DNA of 63,606 nucleotides, counting the filler, from Hausera hauseri (Eukaryota), in NCBI GenBank assembly GCA_046269625.1. It is 11 parts of 11 records of this genome, joined end to end, with 100 filler letters (N's around TTAATTAATTAA, not from the genome) between each part and the next. Parts side by side here need not be neighbours in the genome. Positions count along the whole stretch, not along the records: positions 34,841 to 41,159 come from JBJURY010113876.1; positions 41,260 to 45,453 come from JBJURY010708436.1; positions 45,554 to 49,769 come from JBJURY010694993.1; positions 49,870 to 55,437 come from JBJURY010229517.1; 7 more parts are not named here. One strand, written 5' to 3'. Each line of letters starts with the position of its first letter. The stretch's first letter is position 1. Below the pieces are notes generated by a model. The model saw only the letters and a list, made by a program, of their open reading frames with translations. It was not told the DNA's origin and searched no databases. The translations under genes and the position numbers were made by a program. This document shows positions 38,701-49,994 of the stretch, piece after piece.

Positions 38701-39551
38701 TAAATACCATTCCCAAGCTGATTCAGATATTATGGCCATGGAAGACGACGACAAAACGATTCTACTCAATGATGATAATGATGGTGGTTGTGAGAATGAT
38801 GAAAGTTCAGATTGGTCATGTTTGGCTACAAAAAGGACAATTCTAATATCAAATTCCTGGAAAGGAAAACAGACCCTTTCCAACAATTAGAAAAACCTTC
38901 TAATGGCGATTGTCTGCAGGGTGATTATGTTGTCCATTGTCTGGAAACGATAAAGGAACTTGCTCAGAAATCATCAGCAAAACCGACGTTAAAAAGGCAA
39001 AATGCAATGATTGTAATACGTAAACGAAAATCAAAACCGTCGCGCCAAACACAGACATTTTACCGAAACGAATTTTTTGCAAGTATGAAATGCATTTTCT
39101 GCCAAGGCACGTACTAATTTCATTGAATGATCCCGTGTAACTATGCACACCCAAGTACAGCTATAGTTTAAACCACTTTGTGTGAAAGTTTGGATAAACC
39201 TTCTGACGCTCTACATGAATTAAACGTGAATTTAAAGTTGAACGAAACGACCATGTAACAGAAATCTGTCGTTTTTCCGGCTCAGAAAATCAAATTGTTT
39301 GATTTTATCGGTCGCGAAATATATAATGTACCCAATGATGATTTAAAGTGTCGACTAAAAATTAAATTGCAAGGATACAAGGAAAAAGCTGGTATCAAAA
39401 GCCCGATTTGGCGTGTAGCTGAAGCACATTTTAACTATTAATAAATATTGTTGTTGTTGTTCCTATTTTGTTTTACCGTTCTTCTTCTTCTTTCATCAAT
39501 CCAATTAACGAGTATAAATAGACGTGTAATTTTAATATTGGTATTAGAATA

Positions 39552-40027
39552 ATGATAATGAATGATGTAAAGATTTTCTTAACGGACGAAAATGCCTTTG
39601 TACCGAGAGGTGTTACAGAAAACAGCGCAGGCCACGATGTGTTTTCCAATGTCCATACGACAATTTCGGACAGTACAATCAAATGCATAACGACCGGAAT
39701 TTCATTGGCGATTTCACCCGGTTACTACGGCCAACTTTTATCGAAACGCGGACCGGCAAAATTCGGATTGACGGTTGTGGGAGCGGTGGTGTCACTGATT
39801 CAGACTTTCGTGGTGAAATTAAGGTGTTGCTGGAAAACCAATCCGAAGAACCGAATGCTTTTTCGAAAGTCAGTGCAATCGCACAAATCGTTTTTCTTCG
39901 ATGTGAGGAGGCGGAATTCAGTGCAATGTCACCGGAACAATGGGGATTGTTTTGTGTCAATGAAACAACACGAAATGAACGTAAAGAATTCGGCTTTGGT
40001 GATATGGATAAAGCCACTTATGTTTAA
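39552..40027 (+). pseudogene. DUT: Trimeric dUTPase, frameshifted
   Basis: SAGHD, TGISLAISPGYYGQ, GGVTDSDFRGEIKVLL, IAQIV, R..K.FG. Confidence 0.9.
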
Positions 40028-40094
40028 TGATAATAAAAATAATTGGTTGTTTTGTGTCATAAGCAAAAATGATTGTGTACGTAAAATTATAATA

Positions 40095-40580
40095 ATGTGG
40101 ACAGGATTTATCGATATTGGGGCTTTCCAGGACAACAATGCTCAGTACATAATAAAGGAAACTGTGTATTATGGACGTGTGTAATATTTTCAAACTGCTT
40201 ATGTATGTATTCGAACCGAATGTTTCATGGATCGATTTAACAGAATCGGTAAAAATTACCAATGCGTTTCTCATACAACATCGCCAGAGACTTTATTAAT
40301 ACGAGGGCAACGCATACTTTTGCGCGTCATGTATCATGAGACATTCGAGATCGTTTTGACATTTCAAACACAATTTTTTTACGTTAAAGATCAAATAAAC
40401 GGTCAGACATTTACGCAATTATATTTCCAGTTTGCTGACTTGCGAATGACGACGTACTCAACCTCGATCGACTACTCAACAATGGTGATATCTGACAACA
40501 TTCAATGTCCGTATCGTGATCATGGACCGCATTGTGCCTATAGAAAATGTTTACAGCTTTGTTTAGACTGTTTCATGTAA
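40095..40580 (+). pseudogene. Small Polinton-type protein with a DEDD-like N-terminus and a Cys/His C-terminus
   Basis: FIDIGAF.....YIIKE and CPYRDHGPHCAYRKC. Confidence 0.45.
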
Positions 40581-40773
40581 ATAAATGTTTTCTCATGTTT
40601 GATATAAATCCGGGCGGGTTACTATAATATTAGTGCTCATCACGGAAATAAGAGATCAATTGAAGCAGTTGCAAAATTTTGATGGATTAACACTTTCAGA
40701 GTTGACACGATGGTAGCGAGTACTCGATAGTGACTTAATTACACTTGCAGATTGTTTTGGCTAAAACGAAGAT

Positions 40774-41120
40774 TTGGCGTCAATAGCATTGATGACGACA
40801 ACAGATTGCGACTCGATAGGAATTTTAATTCTTGCGATATATCAAATGTGCATTCGGCAATTGTGTGAAACAGATTACTTTGATGCCATTGAAAATTTGC
40901 GTGACGAATTAAACAAAAACAACTTGAAAGAGAAAATAACGAACAAGGTACAAAACGGACAGTTTTTGTGTGTACTATGTAAAGAAAGAAAGGTGGGTAC
41001 AGCGTTACTAATATGTGGGCATGTTGTTATATGCCAAACTTGCTCTTCCAACGTAACACAATGTCAAGAATATAAATCCTCAATAATGGAAATTGTACAT
41101 ATTTTCTGTGAATTACTTTT
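40774..41120 (+). CDS. IAP-type RING finger protein, degenerate
   Basis: CVLCKERKV...LICGHVVICQTCSSNVTQC....I..IVHIF. Confidence 0.75.
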
Positions 41121-41259
41121 AATACGGACGGCGTCACCGCCGTTATTGACCGTTTGTCTNNNNNNNNNNNNNNNNNNNNNNNNNNNNNNNNNNNNNNNNN
41201 NNNTTAATTAATTAANNNNNNNNNNNNNNNNNNNNNNNNNNNNNNNNNNNNNNNNNNNN

Positions 41260-41705
41260 GTCTACCGAAATTTGTATTGGTAACATTTCAGACTAGTAGT
41301 AAAGTCAGTGGTGAATACACTTTATACTGTTCAGCACTTGATCACTGCAATATTAGTTTCCTAGTCTTGTCTCGAGGAATTGACTATAGGGATAGATATA
41401 GAGTAGACTTTGAAAAAAATAACTTTATTGAGGCATATTATCGGCCCATAATACTAAACATGGGATTTGTGAATAAAAATATGAATAATGGCATCACCAT
41501 GGATGAGTTCAAAGAAAAGCACCCCTTCTTTACATTTGTTCTAACACCTGACTTTGATGTTGATCAACCACAAATGCTACAAACAGGCAATTTGAAACTA
41601 GATTTAAGATTTCATAAGGCATTGGACAATGCAGTTACAATGTATGTATATGAAATTTTCGATAGTGAAATACAAATTCGCAAAGATGAACTAATTATTG
41701 CATAA
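41260..41705 (+). CDS. Polinton major capsid protein (double jelly-roll), C-terminus
   Basis: NNGITMDEF...FFTFVLTPD...GNLKLDLRF.KAL...VT.YVY..FDS.I.I. Confidence 0.85.
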
Positions 41706-41788
41706 ACAGTATTTGTAATTGATGTTGAATATTGATATGAAGTAAGTTTTTATATACTTGTATATTTTATACATGTAGTACATTTCAG

Positions 41789-42109
41789 AATGAAAATGCC
41801 TTGGTCAGACTCAACTATTTTCGTGGAGTATATCCATTGAATAAAGTCCCCGACTATCTGCTCAATGGAGGATATGGGATTAACACACATTGTGCTAATC
41901 TACCACAAGAACACTGGATAGCAGTATATGTATCACCAGATAATATTCAAGTGTTTGATCCACTTGAGATGTATTGCCCATCATCGCTGGTGACAAAATT
42001 GGAACGTATGCGACAACTCGTCATATACAATGATATTATGCATCAGAATCCATTGATATTTCTACGTGGGAATTATTGTGTGGACTGGCTTAGACGCCAA
42101 TGTACATAA
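41789..42109 (+). CDS. Adenain-like cysteine maturation protease; catalytic Cys apparently mutated
   Basis: FRGVYP, INT....P.EHWIAVY, FDP, HQ....LRGNYC (CG.YC expected). Confidence 0.82.
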   Translation, partial: NENALVRLNYFRGVYPLNKVPDYLLNGGYGINTHCANLPQEHWIAVYVSPDNIQVFDPLEMYCPSSLVTKLERMRQLVIYNDIMHQNPLIFLRGNYCVDWLRRQCT

Positions 42110-42619
42110 AATTGTTATAAACGTTGTTGTATTAATAAATGCTTTGTTGAAATAATATATGTCTTATTTATTTATTTGGGGGATTTGTAGATAATAATAA
42201 TGAATACATCATAAAAGAGCTATGTATAATGCCAGTGGATAATATGTTTTACCCACTACCCTATGTATTTGCGTAAGTGAATTTTAGTATAGTACATGTG
42301 ATTTATGCTATTTTATGCCTACACTGCATTGTCGCACAAACAAGGCTCAAGCAACAAGTGCTTATTTGACAAATTATACCAAAGAACATTACATGTATTT
42401 ATCGTGAACATGGTTCAAATTGTGCATAAAAAATGTTTAGCGTTATTTCAAAGTTATATTGTTACTAAATAAATGTGTTATGAAATTAGTTGGTCTTATC
42501 CTATATGGCAGTTACTTAATTTTACTTGGTCTTATCCTATATCCCACATTACTTGATCAAGAAGACAACACGATATTTCTATACAACATTTATTGAACAA
42601 AGAATAACAATATGTACGT

Positions 42620-45453
42620 TGTTACAATAATGCCACATGTCCATGAGGTAGTGTGTGGATTTTGTCTTCAAGAATGTGTCACTTCTCATCAAACTAATCA
42701 AGGCTTTTCTTCCGCAACGCAACCGTGACAATCTGATGTTCCCAGGACTGGATCCTTTTCATCTCGCTGATTATGTGATTTTGCTCCCGCAACACTGTCT
42801 CAAAATCTCCAAAGCAAATTTCTTTAGCTAATGTGGCCCTTTGAACTCCCTTGGCCCGCTTCTTTACTTGACCACTTACATCGATGGCGTACATTTTTTA
42901 TCTCAATGCCACGATACGGGTGATGATCTTCCCATTCACCTCATCTTTAAACTTCCCGAGGACCTTCTTGTTAGTAATTGAATAATTTAAATGATTCTTT
43001 GTATAGTCTGAGGTATCCATATACTGAGCCAATTTTTCATACTTTTCAAAGACATCATCTATGCGGATCTGGTATATGAAACTGTCCGTGTCCATGTACA
43101 TTAGCTGGATCTCCTTGAATGAGGGGACCATGATGTTGTAATGAAAGTCATGCATCAAGGTCTTATATATGGACATGCACACATATATAGGCTTGTTGAA
43201 TTCAAGAGATGTCATGAGCATATGGATGCTCACCAGATTCTCCGTGTAGATTGTGCTGCTGTGGAAGTTGGGCTTAGCGATGAGTATCTTTGCCCTCTTC
43301 CAGTTACATACCAGCTCAATGTTTATCCGGTTCCGGATGTTCTCCATAGTTTTGCCAAAGACCAAGTTGTTATAAAACTTGAATTGGTCCTTTTCAAACT
43401 CGTTCTTGGCATTGGCCCTCAATTGAGTATTGAGGTTTATGTATGAATTCAGCCATTTGGACTGGCTGAACTGCAGAGTCCGATAAATCTTGACGATTCC
43501 AAGTCCATTTTGGATGGCCTGTTGGAGATTGATGTAGTGGACTACATACCTCTCCCTGTTTTCCAGATGGCAAAGCAGCTTCGTATGCTTATCAGTTGGT
43601 GGCCTCTTGCTCTCCGGAAGAAATGGCAGCTGCTCATGCCTTGTGTGAATGTTATGTGGGTATTGCACACCCACCTCCAGTATATAGCTCGTATCTCCAG
43701 TTGGATCTAGGTCCAATATTGGGATGTCTTCAGGATTCTCGACCCATTTGAAGTTATCATAGGGCAATGGGTTGCTCATTGCCCATCCCTACAAGTTGTT
43801 GGCATCCAGATATGATATATGTGAGGATTCATTTGATGGTCATAATCTGCTATGTATTTGTTGTTGGTCTCACTGTACCTGTGAATGGCCTGGCATATTT
43901 CACCCTTGATGCCTCTCTCAACCATAACGACTATATTGTAATCACTCAATATCTGAAGCCTTATGCCGGCATAGCGCAGCATCGCCGCACAGTTCATTCC
44001 TGGAGCTGTAAAAAATGGGCTGGATCTAACTTGTGGCTCTTAAGGGTCACATCCCTGAAGCTTTCGAAAACATCTGTAAGTAGCAGCACATCTGTGAGGA
44101 GATAGATATCATTGTATTCCCCTATTGTCATACACTGGAAGGTTTGCCATACCCTTTGGACATGCTCATAGTCAGCATCGCTAATATGACTGGATGACAA
44201 CTAACTATAAAAGTCCTCCTTGACCGGTAATGCTTCTTTATCCAGTGTTTCCCATGACGTTATATAGTCATAGGGGAACACGTCTTTCCTCTTGACGAGG
44301 TCAAATGCAGTGGGAAAGAACCGCTTTGTCTCCTTGAGTTTTTGTGCAGGGAGGTTCTTCAGTAAACTATCCAGTGAATAGCTCATGAAGCGGAAGCTGT
44401 CTATGAATCGAAGTCTAATGCGACCCACATGCTTGGTGAAAGTGATGTATTTTTCCTCACTATTGGGAATGACATCAATGTTCCCCTCAATATTATCCAG
44501 TTCCCAAACAATGAAGTGAAAATCATAACCACTGAGATTGGGGAACACTACATGCACATATGTGCATGTTTTGCAACGTAGATGGCAGTTGTTGCATGCT
44601 GCACCTGGACATGTGCCTGTAAAATGGCAATGATCCTTGACTTTATAACTATCCTTGGTGAATGACTTGTCGCACAAGTAACATGTTGTTGCCTTGCGCC
44701 ATTTATCTTCTTGCTGCTTTGACATGTTTATTGTATCCTTATGTGGCTAAAGCATGTTTTCAAGCCTATGAGCCATGTCTTCTAATATCTTCATAAAATG
44801 CGCTGCTGCGTCTGGCCCTCTGAATAGAAATGGTTCATTGTCCAGTCCTTTGGCAAAAATACAATACGATGATAATTCATGATATTGGTGTGCTGTTGTG
44901 CTGCTATGTTGGGGATTCGGGCTGCAGCTGTGAATTAGGCTAAGGATGGCTTCAAAATTGCAATAAACAACAATCGGCACATTCTACATCTTCTCGAACT
45001 CCTTGAATTCCAGGTAATTCTCCTTGGGGAATTCTTCTTGGATGCAATAGTTTGTATTACAGTAGGTCTTGTGCCCTTCCAGCTTTTCTGTGGCAGTGTC
45101 CCCATTAAAATGGGTAAAGCATCTCTTACATATTATCAGCCTTGATTTATGCTTGGATATTTGGGATCCTACGAGGCGGTCAAAATTCTTGATCCAGATG
45201 AAATGCCTCTTTTCTCCATCATCTAGCAGGAGCAGATCCCTATAATTCTCCAATTCCTCCTTGCACACATGTAGTAGATAAAATTTGTCCTCCTCCTATC
45301 CGAATACGTTAATTGAGATGTTGTTTCCGCTTTCAAATTTCACGACTTCATCTAGGCCCGGTAAAAATAAAATACAGCTGAAGTCGTATGTGTGCTGCAC
45401 TTTGTCATATATCCAAACTCGGAAAGCATTATGTTGGTCCTGGACTAGTTTTG
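42620..45453 (-). pseudogene. Protein-primed family B DNA polymerase with an endonuclease VII-like domain
   Basis: HFIWIKNFDRL, CYLC...VKDHCHFTG...GAACNNC, NLSGYD, FIDSFRFM, FPYDY, YLLTDVLLL.DVFE.FR, NN.VFGKTMEN.R, YMDTDS, LGKFKDE. Confidence 0.95.
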
Positions 45454-46349
45454 NNNNNNNNNNNNNNNNNNNNNNNNNNNNNNNNNNNNNNNNNNNNTTA
45501 ATTAATTAANNNNNNNNNNNNNNNNNNNNNNNNNNNNNNNNNNNNNNNNNNNNTCAGATTTGGAATATTACTTTAAAAATTTAATTCGGTAATTTTAATT
45601 AAATTTTTACATTACTCCAAATTATAATCTCAATTTAAATTTAAAATTGTATCTGATTTAAATTCAGAACTTCTGTTATCAATTATATCCTCACAAGACA
45701 CATACGCTACTACCTTTTCTACATTTCCTATTTGTTAGCTTAGTGTGGTGCTCACATCAGTCGAAGAGAAAAAGCAGTTATATATGGGTGCAATTTAATT
45801 TTATTTAAATATACTGGATTATTTTTAGTTGCATGAAATATTTTTTGTAATATATTGCAAATTTCTGTATTTGTGTAATGCGTTGTATCTCAACCGTAGA
45901 TTTTATATTTTGCTTTAAACGAAATGGTGTCTTAACTTTTCGTACGTAATGATTTTTGTGTTGACAAATTGCAGGATTCAAGGAATATCAACAATGAACA
46001 TCAGTAACATAATAAAAACACCAGCCAGACGCATACTGCTTCGCCAATTTCGGCGTTGGGAAATATATTTCAACTCCATCGTAACCCATCACTAATATTT
46101 AAAGTTAATGGTGGTTAGATTACTGCAATACCGAGTTCCCCGAAGAATAATTCAACTCAAGAGCAGTCAAATACCCAACTTAACACATTCAAAAATGTAC
46201 CTTCTTAATCATATCAGAATTCTCAATCAAACCAATCATCAAACTCATCATCAAAATCTTTTAATCAACTCATTCAAGATCCCATTTAACATATCAAGCT
46301 CAACAGGAAACTATCTTAGATAACTATTAAATACAATTTTCTTTTGAAT

Positions 46350-48231
46350 ACAATGAAAAAATTGTTATATGATGTAAAAACAATGTTGAGTCGTCTCTAC
46401 TAGCTCTTGGGATTTCACAAAGAACCAATAAAGTAAAACTCAATCAACTCAAACATGTAAACTGCCCTTCTTTCATATCAGATGGAGTCGTTCCTATGAT
46501 AAACCAACCTACTGTGAGTACTGCTCCCATTGCACAAAATGATGCGTCTGTATCCAAAATAAAATTTTTCACGGGATCAATGAAGGTTAATACTGGTGCG
46601 TCACATAGCTTCAATTTTAAATGTTACCAATGACCACACACACTTTTGGAAATAATGGATCTCTCTTACTTTTAGTTGATTTGCTGACACTCCATGATTA
46701 TTAATTGTATGCCCGAGAAATATCAACTCCCATCCATCGAATTTACATTTTTGGGATTCACTTTTAGATTTGCATTTTCCAACCTTTTTATCACCTCTTG
46801 TAGTAATCTGTGATGTAAAAATCAGCACGTCACAAATATATGACAACACCCGCAAACTGTAAGTCTCCTAACGGTGTATTCGTCAGTCACAGAAAAATTC
46901 CCGTTGCCCTTGAGAGGTCAAATGGTATTCGACTGAAACAATATTGCTGTGATTTTGTGCAAAAGGACGTTTTGTCTTGGAAGTTTTCATTCAATGCGAC
47001 TTGGTGATATGCTTTACCGAGGTCTACATTTGAGAAAATACTTGAACCGCCTAACGTATCAAATAAGAGTAGTAGGAAAGAAACGCACTGCCCCAATATA
47101 AATTTCCTATCTCGAAGACCCCTCCCATGAAGGGAAAATTTTCTTTCCCGGATGAATCATAGTAGGATAAGAAAATTGGCCAATGGGAAACAAGATATGA
47201 CTCCCCCCAGTTTGGGATAAAAGCTTCCTGTGCCTTGGTGTGTCTTGGTGTGCCTTTGTGATAGTGCGTTGTCTTATCCAGTGAAGAATTGATATCAGTA
47301 TTCTGCTTAATGACATCTGCGTCTAATCCGGGAAAATCGGTAATCGAATTAGACTGAGAGTTATTAAACGTTATCGGTCCGATTGAATTATCCTGATGGC
47401 TCGTACCTTGATATGGTATAGTTGAAATGATCTCAGACTTAAGCGAATCGACAAAATACGAAGTAGATAACCGAGATTCCAAAAGATTAGTTTGATTTGA
47501 ATTAAGTACAAATGCACTGTAAGTGCTTCTGTTGGGCAGGAGTGAATTGAGATCAGTCATTTCCACAATCGGTGGAGTTGAGAGTTCATCACAAACATTG
47601 TTGGAAATTGATCTTAGATAAGGTTGAAGATCTTCTCCGATTAATTCGGGTACGAATGACATGTAACTTGTTGGAAGATTCAGAATACCAAAAAATGTCT
47701 TTTCTTGAGGTATCAAGGACACATTATTTGTCGCTTGATTATTAGCTTGAGAATAAATTATGTTACCATAAGGCTCATACTGACTAGACCTTCTAGTTTT
47801 GCAATAGTCAATTCGTTTAGAAAAAGTTAGTGCGTCATCATCGTCATCAAATTCCAAAAAAAATGAATGCACACCAAAATTACCAATTTTCTACGTTTCA
47901 CTTTCAATTAAAACTCGATGTGTGCCAAGACGATACGAATTAATCCAATTTAAATCGAATTTCACGTGCAATGTTTCGCCGCTTTTAATTGCTATGCACA
48001 GAATAAACTCGTGAGGTAAAATATCAATTTTGAGATCAAGATTATCAATAACTAAATCGAAAAGTTTGGAACCCTCATTCTATCTTAACAAAACAACGTC
48101 TTCAAAACACTAGGCCATCAATTAAAATGGTAAATCCAATATCATTAAAAAATCAAAATCCGCATTCTGTATTTTATATTCAAACAACCACAATATTTTT
48201 ACATTAGTAATTTCACATATAGTTCACCAAT
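46350..48231 (-). mobile_element. Highly decayed, internally deleted Gypsy element
   Basis: DLGKAYHQV, KTSF, F.RIPF, FILDTDAS. A PBS-like TGGTGAAC follows ...CACA at about 48230. Confidence 0.7.
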
Positions 48232-48251
48232 TGTGTGAATGTGGGCACCAT

Positions 48252-48392
48252 AGCCTTGCTTTGGCTTTGTGTGCCTTGGCTTTGCTTGGTGTGGCTAGGT
48301 GTGCCTTAGTTTAGCTTTGTTTGGATTGGTTTATCTTGGTGTGGCTAGTGTTTAGCTTTGTTTGGCTGGGTTTGTCTTAGTGTAGCTTGGGT
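48252..48392 (+). repeat. Degenerate 10-bp tandem repeat (GTGTGSCTWG-like), probably inside an LTR; a short copy lies at 47230-47260
   Basis: GTGTGCCTTG GCTTTGCTTG GTGTGGCTAG GTGTGCCTTA GTTTAGCTTT GTTTGGATTG... Confidence 0.7.
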
Positions 48393-48649
48393 TTCCCTAT
48401 TTCCACTTTAGGGATCAAGTGCTTTTAGGTGCATTTATGTTTCCCTCCCATAGATTACCTTTATATGTATATTGTTTTCTTAATGTGTGATTATGTAGTA
48501 GTATGTTCAAACATAATGCTGTATCTGGTGTGGAAAATAACGGAAATTGAACGTATTTACTAAAAGGCTTAACTAAAAAAACAACAATACAGATTAAAAC
48601 TTTTATTAATAAAACATACAAATAAATCGAAATATTTACAATTAAATAC

Positions 48650-49769
48650 AATAATGTCCGTAAGCAACTGATTTGATTTTCTAAATCCACTGCCGTTTGT
48701 CGTCGAATAGATCCAATGCTTTGTTTTTTGTGCTGATCGATATAAGTTAATAGTTTTTAGTCCCGATTCGTTCCTGGTATACCATGGTCCCACAACCGCA
48801 TTCATAAGCGTGTAAATAGCTGTCGAATTGCAAGTCCGTCTGCTTGAGATTTATGCACTTGCATTTGAGAACTGGTTTGCATTGAGTTTTGAGAGCATAA
48901 GATTTTGGCCGTAGAAAAATCCCCTCTTCATACTGAACGCAGTCCTCACTTTCGTCTTTAAATTTCCCAATTACAGCTGCGAAGCGAGTCGAGTATAGAG
49001 GATCACTCTTGTCGTAGTTCGATGTATTTAGCTGTTCATTATCTATCATTGCTGCTAACAGATTTGATTTTAAGTCAACACCGCGACACTCAAGAAATAA
49101 ACTGTCAGTGTCACCAGTAAGAACATTAAGTTATCAATTAAACTGGTGCCTATAAGTCTCCAACTCGATATAATTCAGCTCATACATCCGTAACTTGGAC
49201 AGATCAAGTACGGCCTGACCGATGTATGAGGGCCTATCTAAGGTGACTATGTCTTTATCGAGGAGAACGGCAACCATATCATCGGCTATAATAATTCTCT
49301 CTTTAAAATGGGCCTTACTAGCATACGTAATTAGCTTTTCAGGATTATTAGACAGTCTCAGGTTTGACCTATTAAGCAAATTCTCTACTGTTTTGCCGTA
49401 TAAGCTGTTGCTCTTAAGCTTATAAAGTCTTTTTCAAAAGGATTATTTGCTGCAACCCTTTTAGCAGTATTAAGATTGATGTAATATTTGAAGACATAAC
49501 CCTGGTCAAACTCAATGGCCCGATGTACCTTCTCAACTACAGCACCTAACTCGACGTATAACTGTACGAGCTAATAGTGAACAACATATTTGGACTTTCG
49601 CTCGTGTCAGCAAGAGTTTTTTTACTTTTGAACCAGGAGGACATTTATTAATTGGTGCAAGAGGCAGTTGGTCCAACTTATCATGTTTGTCAGCTGGAAT
49701 GCTTAAGTCAACTTCAAAGACTAAGCCTCGTTTTTCCTTAACACAGTCAATGTAAGGTAATTGTTGGAT
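48650..49769 (-). pseudogene. Second, divergent Polinton protein-primed DNA polymerase (C-terminal part)
   Basis: YKLKSNSLYGKTVEN, GDTDSLF, IGKFKDE, FLRPKSY. Confidence 0.9.
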
Positions 49770-49869
49770 NNNNNNNNNNNNNNNNNNNNNNNNNNNNNNN
49801 NNNNNNNNNNNNNTTAATTAATTAANNNNNNNNNNNNNNNNNNNNNNNNNNNNNNNNNNNNNNNNNNNN

Positions 49870-49994
49870 GGATGGTTTGAAAGAATGGCTCGGAAGTAGG
49901 TCAACAGCAGAGATGATTGGAGACACCAGGAATCGCGAGAGGTGGAAATCCATGACAGCCTGTTTCGCAGCACGGCACCTGATGATGATGATGA
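49870..49994 (+). mobile_element. RTE-like LINE 3' end with a (TGA)n tail
   Basis: DGLKEWLG...NRERWKSMT followed by TGATGATGATGATG. Confidence 0.6.

Larger units (their letters stand above)
34841..41159. mobile_element. Polinton/Maverick (adintovirus-like) segment: core genes on the - strand, accessory genes on the + strand
   Basis: Minor capsid, integrase, X-like and packaging ATPase genes packed head-to-tail. Confidence 0.9.

Noticed and set aside
34841-45453. A single complete Polinton spanning the TBP and pPolB segments
   Set aside because: A linker at 41160-41259 separates them, so their adjacency is artificial.
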